Shown: positions 1 through 9,055 of the stretch, piece by piece
Layout of the letters: each line of letters starts with the position of its first letter
Numbering within the stretch: position 1 is the first letter of the stretch
Virus record (IMG/VR): IMGVR_UViG_3300024264_002693
Span: 1 to 31,851 of that record
DNA from: a virus
Lineage: Duplodnaviria; Caudoviricetes
Strand: one strand, 5' to 3'
DNA length: 31,851 bases
Notes under the pieces: model-generated
Databases searched by the model: none
Seen by the model: the letters and a program-made list of their open reading frames with translations, nothing else
Told to the model about the DNA's origin: nothing
Translations under genes and position numbers: made by a program

Positions 1-1
1 T

Positions 2-307
2 GTTAGTGGTCAAGGTAGATATCTACATACATCAACTCAATGGAATAATATTACACCGTCACAAACATATTATATTAGAGTAACAAATGCTGGTGGTACT
101 AGAAACATAAGTACTCCTGATAGTGCTGCTCTTAATTCTTGGATTGCATTAACTTCTAATAGAGAGTTTCAAGTAAGAGATGCTAGAAACATAACCACAT
201 ATGCCGATGAAAATTGTATAATTAAAGTTGAAATTGCATCTAACTCAAGTGGTTCAACAATATTAGATACAGGTTATTACGAGATGCGATACATAGGTAA
301 CGCTTAA
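2..307 (+). CDS. 3' part of a gene running in from outside the window, probably a virion structural/fibre protein
   Basis: Open frame from base 2 (VSGQGRYLHTSTQWNN...YEMRYIGNA) to TAA at 305-307; Ser/Thr/Asn-rich; followed by AAGGAG and the next ATG at 317. Confidence 0.6.
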   Translation, partial: VSGQGRYLHTSTQWNNITPSQTYYIRVTNAGGTRNISTPDSAALNSWIALTSNREFQVRDARNITTYADENCIIKVEIASNSSGSTILDTGYYEMRYIGNA

Positions 308-316
308 GGAGATATT

Positions 317-1327
317 ATGCCAACACATTTATTACAATTAGGGCCTGGAATGGCCGCTTCCAGTGGAACTGGTGGAGTTAGTGGCGGTGGAGGTTCCGGA
401 ACATTAGCTGGTACAACTACTATTGAAGAAGTTAGAAGTGTCGACGACAGTGGTGGTAGTACCGATTTAGGTATTTCATATAGTCAAGTTGGTTTTTCTA
501 ATGCACCATCTACTTGTTCAGCATTAACTGATGGAACTGTAAAATGGCATTTAGTTGGAACAAATAAGCTTACACTTATAGTTAGTGATGATAGTAATGC
601 TACTGGAGAAACTGGTACATCTGATATAACCGCAAGTTATCGACCTACAGCTGTCAGACCACCTCTTTTAAATAATTTTGAAGATGCAGATGGATATGAA
701 GCCTTTCAATATGCTAGAGCCGGCACAAAATATCATGCAGTAGAATTATTGCAAACAGGAGCTGAACCAGAAACTTTTCAAGGTCCAATGTGGTGGAACG
801 GTACACAAATTTACACAGGGTCAATGGTTCCTGGTAGTATTTGGAGCCCTAATATGACTTATACTCACACAGATGGATATACATATAAAGTTGGAAGCTA
901 CCAAGAAGTTTATAATGATGATACTTATTATTCTATAACTCGAGGTATTCCTGAAGAAGAACATTATAGATATACTACAACAAATGCTGTTACTGGTATA
1001 AAAGCTGTATTTACTCCAACCGTTTCATCATCAGCTGGAAGCGGTGGCGGTGGCGCTATTACGCCTTTAAAAACTTTTGACGGAACTCCAATTCCTAATA
1101 ATAGTACATTAAGTGCTATGGATTCTGGTTGGAAAACTACCAGCGGTGATATGAGCACTGGTGTAACTCTTGCGTTTACACAAACAACTGGTAGTATGAA
1201 TGACTCGTCTGCAGCTTACACATTAGATGGTCAATTAGATTTATATGCAAGAGATAGTGTTTCTGGTGATGTTCTAGTTAAATCAATACGAGTAAAAGCA
1301 CAAACAACTGCTGTTAGTACATACTAA
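317..1327 (+). CDS. Gly/Ser/Thr-rich putative virion structural (tail fibre/collar-associated) protein
   Basis: 336 aa, AAGGAG RBS, two Gly-rich linkers, beta-type composition, directly upstream of the neck genes. Function inferred from context only. Confidence 0.5.
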   Translation: MPTHLLQLGPGMAASSGTGGVSGGGGSGTLAGTTTIEEVRSVDDSGGSTDLGISYSQVGFSNAPSTCSALTDGTVKWHLVGTNKLTLIVSDDSNATGETGTSDITASYRPTAVRPPLLNNFEDADGYEAFQYARAGTKYHAVELLQTGAEPETFQGPMWWNGTQIYTGSMVPGSIWSPNMTYTHTDGYTYKVGSYQEVYNDDTYYSITRGIPEEEHYRYTTTNAVTGIKAVFTPTVSSSAGSGGGGAITPLKTFDGTPIPNNSTLSAMDSGWKTTSGDMSTGVTLAFTQTTGSMNDSSAAYTLDGQLDLYARDSVSGDVLVKSIRVKAQTTAVSTY

Positions 1328-1361
1328 AGATAAATAATAAAATACACTAAAGAGAAAAACA

Positions 1362-2327
1362 ATGTCAATACCAAATTCAAGAGAACTTTTTAAAGATTAT
1401 ATTCTTAGAAAAATTGGTGCTCCAGTTATTGAGATTAATGTTGCCGAAGAACAAGTAGAAGATCGTATTGACGAAGCGGTTTCTTTTTGGCGTGATTATC
1501 ACTATAACGGAAGTCAACAAGTTTATTTAAAACATAAAATTACTGGTAGTGTATTAGAACTTGATGCATCAGTTGCAGGAAATTTTATATTAGGTGAAAC
1601 GGTAACCGGTGGAACATCAGGTGCTACTGCTAAAGTTTCTAAAGACTCTACTGGTACAACATTAAGATATGACAATCTTACTCATAAAGAATTAATTAAA
1701 TTTCAAGCAAACGAAACAGTAACAGGTCAAAACTCTGGAGTTACAGCTACTATTACAACTGTAACGAGAGGTGATAGAGAGAATGGCTATATCTCTTTAC
1801 CAGAGACACTTTTAGGTATTTCAGGTATATTCCCATTAACCACAAGCTTATCAACTGGTTCAGGTATATTTAATGTTCAGTACCAATTTGTTTTAAATAA
1901 CATTCAAGATATTACTGGTTATAATGTTCAGAATTATTATATGGCAATGAGCCATCTTCAATTCTTACAAGAAATTCTTGTAGGTAAACCAATGATTCGT
2001 TATAACAAACACGTTAACAAATTACACATCGATGTTACTAAAGACTTTCTTACAGTTGGACAATTTATTATCATCGAGGCTTACGATGTAATTGACCCAG
2101 TTACTTATGGTGATGTTTGGGGAGATCGTTGGTTACAAAATTATGCTACTGTTTTAATTAAAGAACAATGGGGACTCAATTTAACTAAATTTACTAATAT
2201 GCAGCTTGTTGGTGGTGTTTCATTCAACGGTGAACAAATTCTTTCCGAAGCAAGAGAAGAAAGAAAAGCAATGGAAGAAGAAGCGATCAGAGCTTACCAA
2301 CCACTCACCTACAACTTTATTGGATAA
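1362..2327 (+). CDS. gp13: Neck protein, T4 gp13-like, with internal insertion
   Basis: N-terminal KDYILRKIGAPVIEINV..QVEDRIDEA and C-terminal WLQNYATVLIKEQWGLNLTKF..GGV.FNG motifs; position before gp14/gp15. Confidence 0.93.
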   Translation: MSIPNSRELFKDYILRKIGAPVIEINVAEEQVEDRIDEAVSFWRDYHYNGSQQVYLKHKITGSVLELDASVAGNFILGETVTGGTSGATAKVSKDSTGTTLRYDNLTHKELIKFQANETVTGQNSGVTATITTVTRGDRENGYISLPETLLGISGIFPLTTSLSTGSGIFNVQYQFVLNNIQDITGYNVQNYYMAMSHLQFLQEILVGKPMIRYNKHVNKLHIDVTKDFLTVGQFIIIEAYDVIDPVTYGDVWGDRWLQNYATVLIKEQWGLNLTKFTNMQLVGGVSFNGEQILSEAREERKAMEEEAIRAYQPLTYNFIG

Positions 2328-2336
2328 CATACTGTT

Positions 2337-3026
2337 ATGGCAACAAATGTATTCTTTAGAAACTATGATAACTTCAACGAGCAAAATTTAATTGATGATT
2401 TAGTTATCGAGAGCATTAAGATTTATGGCGTAGATGTAATGTACATCAGGCGATCACTTGGTGCTGTTGATGAAGTTCTAAATGAAGATGACCTACCTTT
2501 ATATGATGAAATGTTTCAGTTCGAAGCTTATGTTAAGAACGTTGATGGATTTGAAGGTGAAGGTGATTTCCTATCTAAATTCGGTTTACAGATTCGTGAT
2601 AGTATTACATTTAGTGTAGCTAACAGAACATTCGAAAGATATGTTACTAAAGAAGTTGTTGAGTTAATTAGACCCAATGAAGGTGATTTAATTTACTTCC
2701 CACTTAACGAAAAAATGTTTGAGATTAAATTCGTAGAACATGAAAGCGTATTCTATCAAACTGGTGCTTTACAAGTTTATGATATGAGATGTGAGTTAAT
2801 TGAGTACAGTGGTCAAAGATTCAATACTGGGTTCCCAGCTATTGATGATTACTTTGATGATATTGATACTACAGTTACTACAACACTTCAAGGTTTATCT
2901 AATACTGATGCACAAGGTTACGATTCATTAGCAGATAACTTTACGTTTGAGCAAGAAGGTGATAACATTCTTGACTTCTCTGATAGTGACCCATTCACAG
3001 AAAATATTAATATAAGTGATACCTAA
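2337..3026 (+). CDS. gp14: Neck/head completion protein, T4 gp14-like
   Basis: EQNLIDDLVIESIKIYG, GFEGEGDFLSKFGL, RPNEGDLIYFP, FYQ.G motifs; synteny. Confidence 0.93.
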   Translation: MATNVFFRNYDNFNEQNLIDDLVIESIKIYGVDVMYIRRSLGAVDEVLNEDDLPLYDEMFQFEAYVKNVDGFEGEGDFLSKFGLQIRDSITFSVANRTFERYVTKEVVELIRPNEGDLIYFPLNEKMFEIKFVEHESVFYQTGALQVYDMRCELIEYSGQRFNTGFPAIDDYFDDIDTTVTTTLQGLSNTDAQGYDSLADNFTFEQEGDNILDFSDSDPFTENINISDT

Positions 3027-3844
3027 TGGCTATAGCAAATTATTTTTATAACGGAACTACTCGAAAATATGTAGCTTTATTTGGTACATACTTTAATCAG
3101 CTTCAAGTTAAAAGAGTTGACAATGGTGGTGTTACACAACAATCAATGATTGTTCCTATATCATATGCGCCATTCCAAAAGATATTATCTCGACTTGAAC
3201 AGAATCCAGATTTTAAAGCTAAGTCAGCAATTAACTTACCTCGTATGTCGTTTGAAATGACAAATATGCAATATGATTCTGACCGTAAATTATCACCAAT
3301 TACTAAAATACGAAAAACTGTTACCGACGATGTAACAGGTGGAAGAAATTTTGTATACGGTGGTACACCATATAATTTAGATTTCTCTTTGTATATTATG
3401 ACTAAATACCAAGAGGATGCAGTAAAGTTATTAGAACAAATTATTCCATTCTTTAATCCAGACTATACAAGAACAGTAAAATTAATTGATGGTTTGGAAC
3501 CACTTGACATTCCACTCGTTTTAAGTGGTGTATCAATGGACGAAGTTTACGAAGGTCAGTTTGACGAAAGAAGAAGTATTGTTTATACACTTAACTTTAC
3601 TATGAAAGCATGGTTCTTCGGGCCAGAAAAAGAAACTGGTATTATCAAGTTTATCGATATACGATATGCTACAGATTCAGATACAAATACAACACCAGAA
3701 GAATTTTATACCTTACAACCAGGTATGACAGCTGCCAATACAGCTACAACAGACCCAGACCTCTCAGTTGATTATAGCTTGATTGAATTTGATGATGATT
3801 GGGATTACGCAGATAAAATTGCGAATACAGCACCTACAGATTAG
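3026..3844 (+). CDS. gp15: Tail sheath stabiliser/terminator, T4 gp15-like
   Basis: YFYN..RKYVALFG..FN, VPISYAP..K, LPRMSFE, LEQIIPFFNP motifs; TAATG coupling to gp14. Confidence 0.93.
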   Translation: MAIANYFYNGTTRKYVALFGTYFNQLQVKRVDNGGVTQQSMIVPISYAPFQKILSRLEQNPDFKAKSAINLPRMSFEMTNMQYDSDRKLSPITKIRKTVTDDVTGGRNFVYGGTPYNLDFSLYIMTKYQEDAVKLLEQIIPFFNPDYTRTVKLIDGLEPLDIPLVLSGVSMDEVYEGQFDERRSIVYTLNFTMKAWFFGPEKETGIIKFIDIRYATDSDTNTTPEEFYTLQPGMTAANTATTDPDLSVDYSLIEFDDDWDYADKIANTAPTD

Positions 3845-3846
3845 GG

Positions 3847-3875
3847 TTGACAAACACTTTAAAATGTGTTATAAT
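3847..3875 (+). promoter_or_regulatory. sigma70-type promoter (TTGACA-N17-TATAAT with extended -10 TG)
   Basis: TTGACA 3847-3852, 17-nt spacer ending TGT, TATAAT 3870-3875. Confidence 0.85.
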
Positions 3876-3909
3876 ATATAATTGGAAATGAAAAAGATTG
3901 GAGAATATT

Positions 3910-4356
3910 ATGAGAATTGGTTTTACATGTAGCGCATTTGATTTATTACATGCAGGTCATGTACAGATGCTAAGAGATGCTAAAGCACAATGTGATTATT
4001 TAATGGTAGGATTACAAATGGACCCTGCACTAGATAGACCTAAAGAAAAGAACCCACCTATACAAACAATTGTTGAAAGATATACACAGCTTAAAGCAAT
4101 TGGATATGTCGACGAGATTATTCCTTATAACTCTGAGCGAGACCTTATGGATATTTTGGAATTGTATCATATTGATGTTCGTATTTTAGGTGATGAATAT
4201 AGAGATAAAGAATTTACAGGTAAAGATATTTGCCGTAAACGAGACATTGAACTCTTTTTTAATAAAAGAGACCACAGATTCAGTACATCAGGTTTACGAA
4301 AAGCTTGCGCTTGGGTCAATAAAGATAGTGATTGGAAAATGACTCAAGAAGGATAA
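3910..4356 (+). CDS. Glycerol-3-phosphate cytidylyltransferase-like (TagD family) nucleotidyltransferase
   Basis: GFTCSAFDLLHAGH (HxGH), YLMVGL, YVDEII, C-terminal R..RFSTS motif. ATG at 3910 follows GGAG; the track start at 3898 is TTG. Confidence 0.88.
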   Translation: MRIGFTCSAFDLLHAGHVQMLRDAKAQCDYLMVGLQMDPALDRPKEKNPPIQTIVERYTQLKAIGYVDEIIPYNSERDLMDILELYHIDVRILGDEYRDKEFTGKDICRKRDIELFFNKRDHRFSTSGLRKACAWVNKDSDWKMTQEG

Positions 4357-4363
4357 ATAGTAT

Positions 4364-4870
4364 ATGAGCGATGATAAGATAGCACAGGCACTAAACATGA
4401 GGTCTTTACAAGATATCAATGACGAGAAACAGGAATTGTTGGACGAAGCAAATCCTGACAAATTGCCTGACCTACCTGTTAACGCTTTTTCTACAAACGA
4501 AGAAGTAGAAAATTTACCTATAGAAGCACCTGTTCAACATCCCGTAGTAATAGATGATGCTGGTGCTGAAGAAAATTTAAAAGATATTGAGTTAGCTAAA
4601 GCTAATATTGAAAACATTATTAGTTTAGGAGATGACTCTATTAAAGAGATGGTTGAGATTGCAAAACAATCAGAATCACCTCGAGCATTTGAGGTTGTGT
4701 CAACTCTTATGAAAACATTGCTAGATGCAAACAAAGATTATGTTGAAATGAGTACTAAGAAGCGATACGCTAAAGAAGAAGCTAATCCTGCTAAGAATGA
4801 AGTTACTAATAATAATCTGATTGTATCAACTGCAGATTTACTTAAGATGATAAAGGGCGAGAGTGAGTAA
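4364..4870 (+). CDS. gp16: Terminase small subunit, T4 gp16-like
   Basis: AKQSESPRAFEVVSTLMK and NNNLIVSTADLLKMIK motifs; overlaps the start of the large subunit. Confidence 0.9.
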   Translation: MSDDKIAQALNMRSLQDINDEKQELLDEANPDKLPDLPVNAFSTNEEVENLPIEAPVQHPVVIDDAGAEENLKDIELAKANIENIISLGDDSIKEMVEIAKQSESPRAFEVVSTLMKTLLDANKDYVEMSTKKRYAKEEANPAKNEVTNNNLIVSTADLLKMIKGESE

Positions 4871-6470
4871 CGGCTACTTAGGAAATAATTACCTCAAAAG
4901 GTCTAACGAGCAACATGAATATACTCCTGAGCAAATTAAGGAGTACATGAAATGTGCAGAAGACCCAATATATTTTGCTTCAAAGTATATTAAAATTGTG
5001 CATGTTGATAAGGGATTTGTTCCCTTTGAAATGTATGACTATCAAAAAGAAATTACTACGAAGATTACAAACAATCGACGTGTTGCTGTATTGACTGCAA
5101 GACAGTCTGGTAAAACAACTACAGCATGTGCAGTTATTCTGCATTATATTCTTTTTAACGAATTTAAAACAGTTGCAATTCTTGCTAACAAAGGAGATGC
5201 AGCTCGAGAAGTATTAGGTAGAGTACAACTCGCCTATGAAGCATTACCTAAATGGATGCAACAAGGTATTGAAGAATGGAACAAAGGTAATATATCTTTG
5301 GAAAATGGTTGTAAAATTTACGCAGGTACCACAACATCAAGTGCTATTCGTGGTAAATCAATCTCATTCCTATACCTAGACGAGGTTGCATTTATTGAAG
5401 GATTTGATGAGTTCTTTGCTTCAGTATATCCAACGATATCATCTGGTAAAACTACAAAATTATTAATGACTTCTACTCCTAATGGATTAAACCATTTTTG
5501 GAAAACCTGTAAAGGTGCTGAAGAAGGCACAAACGGTTATGAATTTGTTAAGGTAATGTGGGACGATGTTCCTGGTAGAGATGATGCGTGGAAAAACGAA
5601 ACACTCGAAGCACTAGACTTTGATAATGAAAAGTTTAATCAAGAGTATTGTTGTCAATTCTTAGGTAGTTCGGGAACACTTATTGATGGTTCTAAATTAA
5701 AAGAATTAGCATATTCTCGACCAATACAAGAGAATGAGGGAGTATCTCAATACGAAGCTGCACTAGAAGACCACACTTATGTTATGACAGTTGATGTATC
5801 TCGAGGCAAAGGCCTCGATTATAGTACATTTAATGTTATAGATATCACAAAAATGCCTTATACTCAGGTTTGTGTATATAGAGATAACACTGTTTCCCCA
5901 GTGGATTTCGCAGCAATTATATATAGAATAGGATTAATGTACAATGAGAGTGCTGTACTCATCGAAATCAACGATATCGGTGAACAAGTATCAGATGTAC
6001 TCTTAATGGACTATGGGTATGAGAATCTTCTTTATACTGAAAATGCTGGAAGGTCTGGTAAACGGATTTCAAGTGGTTTCGGAAAAAGAGTAGATAATGG
6101 CATAAGAACAACAAAAAGTGTTAAAAGTATCGGTTGTTCTATATTAAAATTGCTGGTTGAACAAAACCAGTTAATATTACAGGATTATAACACAATACAA
6201 GAGTTATCGCGATTTAGTAAAAGAGGGAATTCTTACGAAGCAGAATCTGGAGCACACGATGATTTGGTAATGAATTACGTTATCTTTTCATGGCTTACAG
6301 ACCAAACATTCTTTAAAGACCTTACCGATATTAATACTATGATGCGTTTAAGACAGAAAACTGAAGAACAGATTGAACAAGACTTGTTACCATTTGGGTT
6401 TATCGACGACGGAGGAGATATTCCAGAAGAAGATGGTTTTGATTTCGTAAGAGAATCATGGCAAATCTGA
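4863..6470 (+). CDS. gp17: Terminase large subunit, T4 gp17-like
   Basis: YLGN..LKR start, Walker A ARQSGKTT, Walker B LYLDEVAF, TSTPNG, nuclease VDVSRG and HDDLVM; GTG start. Confidence 0.97.
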   Translation: MSNGYLGNNYLKRSNEQHEYTPEQIKEYMKCAEDPIYFASKYIKIVHVDKGFVPFEMYDYQKEITTKITNNRRVAVLTARQSGKTTTACAVILHYILFNEFKTVAILANKGDAAREVLGRVQLAYEALPKWMQQGIEEWNKGNISLENGCKIYAGTTTSSAIRGKSISFLYLDEVAFIEGFDEFFASVYPTISSGKTTKLLMTSTPNGLNHFWKTCKGAEEGTNGYEFVKVMWDDVPGRDDAWKNETLEALDFDNEKFNQEYCCQFLGSSGTLIDGSKLKELAYSRPIQENEGVSQYEAALEDHTYVMTVDVSRGKGLDYSTFNVIDITKMPYTQVCVYRDNTVSPVDFAAIIYRIGLMYNESAVLIEINDIGEQVSDVLLMDYGYENLLYTENAGRSGKRISSGFGKRVDNGIRTTKSVKSIGCSILKLLVEQNQLILQDYNTIQELSRFSKRGNSYEAESGAHDDLVMNYVIFSWLTDQTFFKDLTDINTMMRLRQKTEEQIEQDLLPFGFIDDGGDIPEEDGFDFVRESWQI

Positions 6471-6484
6471 TAAATGCTAAATAT

Positions 6485-6492
6485 TATAAATA
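6485..6492 (+). promoter_or_regulatory. T4-type late promoter TATAAATA upstream of the sheath gene
   Basis: Exact TATAAATA in the gp17-gp18 intergenic region. One-mismatch variants (G/A)ATAAATA precede other late genes at 1329, 4352, 8474, 10580, 11949 and 12676. Confidence 0.75.
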
Positions 6493-6555
6493 TAACTGTG
6501 ATAACTAATTTTAGACTAAGATTTTTAAATTTTATAATTTTAAAGGAGAAATAAT

Positions 6556-8475
6556 ATGGCTTTTTCCGTAAGTCCTTCGGTAATAGTTCGTGAAGTGGAC
6601 GCATCAGCAGCGGTTCCTGCCATCGCAACGCCACCTGCCGCAATCGCAGGTGTTTTTAGATGGGGTCCGGTAGGCGAAACAGTACTGATTTCTTCAGAGA
6701 ACGAACTAGTAAATCGATTCGGTAAACCAACCAACGATAACTATGAAACATTCTTTGTAGCAGCAGATTACCTTTCATATGCAAATGCTCTCTACATAGC
6801 TAGAGTCGATAACGGTGCTGTCAAAGCATCAGCATCAGATACAACAAGTGCAAACACACAATTACATACATTCGGCGCATTCGACGCAAAATATCCTGGA
6901 GCTTTAGGTAATTCCTTAGAAGTTGGATATGTTAAAGATGACAAGTTCGAAGCTGATATAATTGATGTTGCAGATGTATCTGGTAGTAAATTAACAGGAA
7001 ACACACAGGTTTCACAGACATTAAATTTTAACGCAACTTCATTAACTTTTGAAGTAATACCTGCAGACGCACTTACTACTTCATGGTCTGAAGATGACGT
7101 GATTGTAATTGGTAATGATTCCGTTGGATACCAAGATATTCCAGTAACAAGCTTTACTGAATCTACTCTTGACTCTTCCGGTAACGTTACTGCTAACACA
7201 TCATTGATTGTATCTCATTCATATACAATTGCTTTAGGTCAATCATACAGATTAGCAGAATCTGAATTAAGTAAATTATCTCTTTCACGTAAGTGGAAGT
7301 ATCATAGCTTATTTGGTAAAGCTCCACAAACTGGTAACTATCATGTTATCGTTGTTGACGAAGATGGAGATATTTCAGGTGAAACTGGTGCAGTATTAGA
7401 GTTATATGAAGATGTTTCAACAACTTCAACAGCAAAACTATCCAACGGTGGTTCAAATTACTATAAAGACGTAATTTTAGCTCAATCAAGCTGGGTAGAA
7501 GTTGCTAATACAACACACTTCGAAGCAGGTGCTCAGAATAGCACATACGAAAGTTTAGCACTGGGTACTGATGGTACTACAGAGAGTGCAACAACTCTTG
7601 GTGCTTTAGCAGGTGGATACGACTTATTTAAGAACTCAAATGAAATTGATGTTTCTTTCGTATTACAAGGTAAGGGTGACAACTCTGGTAATCTTGCAAA
7701 TTATATTATTTCTAATATTGCAGAATACAGAAAAGACGCTGTTGCTTTCTTATCACCTTCTAAAGAAGCTGTTGTTGACGAGAATAAAACAAACACTAAA
7801 CTTGCTAATGTAATTGCTTATGGTAATGCATTACAAAATAGTTCTTACTCCTTCATGGATTCTGGTTACAAATACAGATACGACAAGTATAATGATGTAT
7901 ACAGATATGTGCCACTGAATGGTGATACTGCAGGACTAGCTTCAAGAGTTGAACCTTTTGAATCTCCAGCAGGATTCCGTAAGGGTGTAATTAAGAATGT
8001 TGTTAAACTCGCGTTTAACCCTAATAAAGCTCAACGTGACCAACTATACAGTAAAGATATTAACCCAGTAATGAGTCAAGTAGGACAGGGAATTGTTCTA
8101 TTCGGTGATAAGACTGGATTAGGTCTACCAAGTGCATTTGACAGATTAAATGTTCGTAGATTGTTTATCTCTGTTGAAAAAGCGATCGCTAACGCAGCTC
8201 AATCATTCTTGTTTGAATTGAATGACGAGTTTTCACAAACACAATTTAAGAATATTGTTGAACCATTCCTAAGAGAAATTCAAGGACGTAGGGGAATTAT
8301 AGACTTCAGAGTAGTATCTGATGGCACTATTAATACTCCAGCAGTAGTTGACCAAGGTAAATTTAAAGCTAATATCTTTATTAAGCCTGCTAGGTCAATT
8401 AATGTTATTGAACTGACTTTTGTAGCAACACGAAGCGGAATTGAGTTTGAAGAAATTGTTGGCTCAATCGGTTAA
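6556..8475 (+). CDS. gp18: Tail sheath protein, T4 gp18-like
   Basis: SPSVIVREVD, FRWGP, KYPGALGN, SPAG.RKG, LAFNP..QRDQLY, SAFDRLNVRRLF, IKPARSIN motifs. Confidence 0.97.
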   Translation: MAFSVSPSVIVREVDASAAVPAIATPPAAIAGVFRWGPVGETVLISSENELVNRFGKPTNDNYETFFVAADYLSYANALYIARVDNGAVKASASDTTSANTQLHTFGAFDAKYPGALGNSLEVGYVKDDKFEADIIDVADVSGSKLTGNTQVSQTLNFNATSLTFEVIPADALTTSWSEDDVIVIGNDSVGYQDIPVTSFTESTLDSSGNVTANTSLIVSHSYTIALGQSYRLAESELSKLSLSRKWKYHSLFGKAPQTGNYHVIVVDEDGDISGETGAVLELYEDVSTTSTAKLSNGGSNYYKDVILAQSSWVEVANTTHFEAGAQNSTYESLALGTDGTTESATTLGALAGGYDLFKNSNEIDVSFVLQGKGDNSGNLANYIISNIAEYRKDAVAFLSPSKEAVVDENKTNTKLANVIAYGNALQNSSYSFMDSGYKYRYDKYNDVYRYVPLNGDTAGLASRVEPFESPAGFRKGVIKNVVKLAFNPNKAQRDQLYSKDINPVMSQVGQGIVLFGDKTGLGLPSAFDRLNVRRLFISVEKAIANAAQSFLFELNDEFSQTQFKNIVEPFLREIQGRRGIIDFRVVSDGTINTPAVVDQGKFKANIFIKPARSINVIELTFVATRSGIEFEEIVGSIG

Positions 8476-8504
8476 TAAATAAGTATTAAAGGAGAATAAC
8501 GAAC

Positions 8505-9038
8505 ATGGCATTTAATATTAATGAATTTAAATCACAGCTAGTAGGTGGTGGTGCACGTCCTAGTCTGTTCCAAGTTCAAATTCTTAACCCCGTTGCTCCA
8601 GAGGCAGATTTTAAGGTTCCATTTATGTGTAGAGCAGCTGGAATACCAGCCTCGACAGTAGGAACTTTCAATACGAATTACTTTGGACGACAGGTTAAGT
8701 ATGCAGGTGATAGAACATTTGCAGATTGGACAGTAACAATAATTAATGATGAAGACTTTATAGTCAGAAACGGAATGGAAGCGTGGATGAATTCTATCAA
8801 TACACACGATAGTAATTTACGTTCTTTACCACAAGATTATAAGTCAAATGGTATCATTACACAATATAGTAAAGAAGGAGACGCAATTAGAACATACGTC
8901 TTTGAAGGGATGTACCCAACCCAGGTAGACCAGATAACTATGGACTGGAGCACAGTTGACCAAATCGAAGAATTTACGGTTACGTTCAGCTATGACTTCT
9001 GGAGAGTTGAAGGCGCTACTGGTATCCCTACAACCTAA
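8505..9038 (+). CDS. gp19: Tail tube protein, T4 gp19-like
   Basis: GGGARPSLFQV, GRQVKYAGDRTFADWTVTIINDEDF, IEEFTVTFSYDFW motifs. Confidence 0.96.
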   Translation: MAFNINEFKSQLVGGGARPSLFQVQILNPVAPEADFKVPFMCRAAGIPASTVGTFNTNYFGRQVKYAGDRTFADWTVTIINDEDFIVRNGMEAWMNSINTHDSNLRSLPQDYKSNGIITQYSKEGDAIRTYVFEGMYPTQVDQITMDWSTVDQIEEFTVTFSYDFWRVEGATGIPTT

Positions 9039-9055
9039 GATTAGGTAATTAAATA

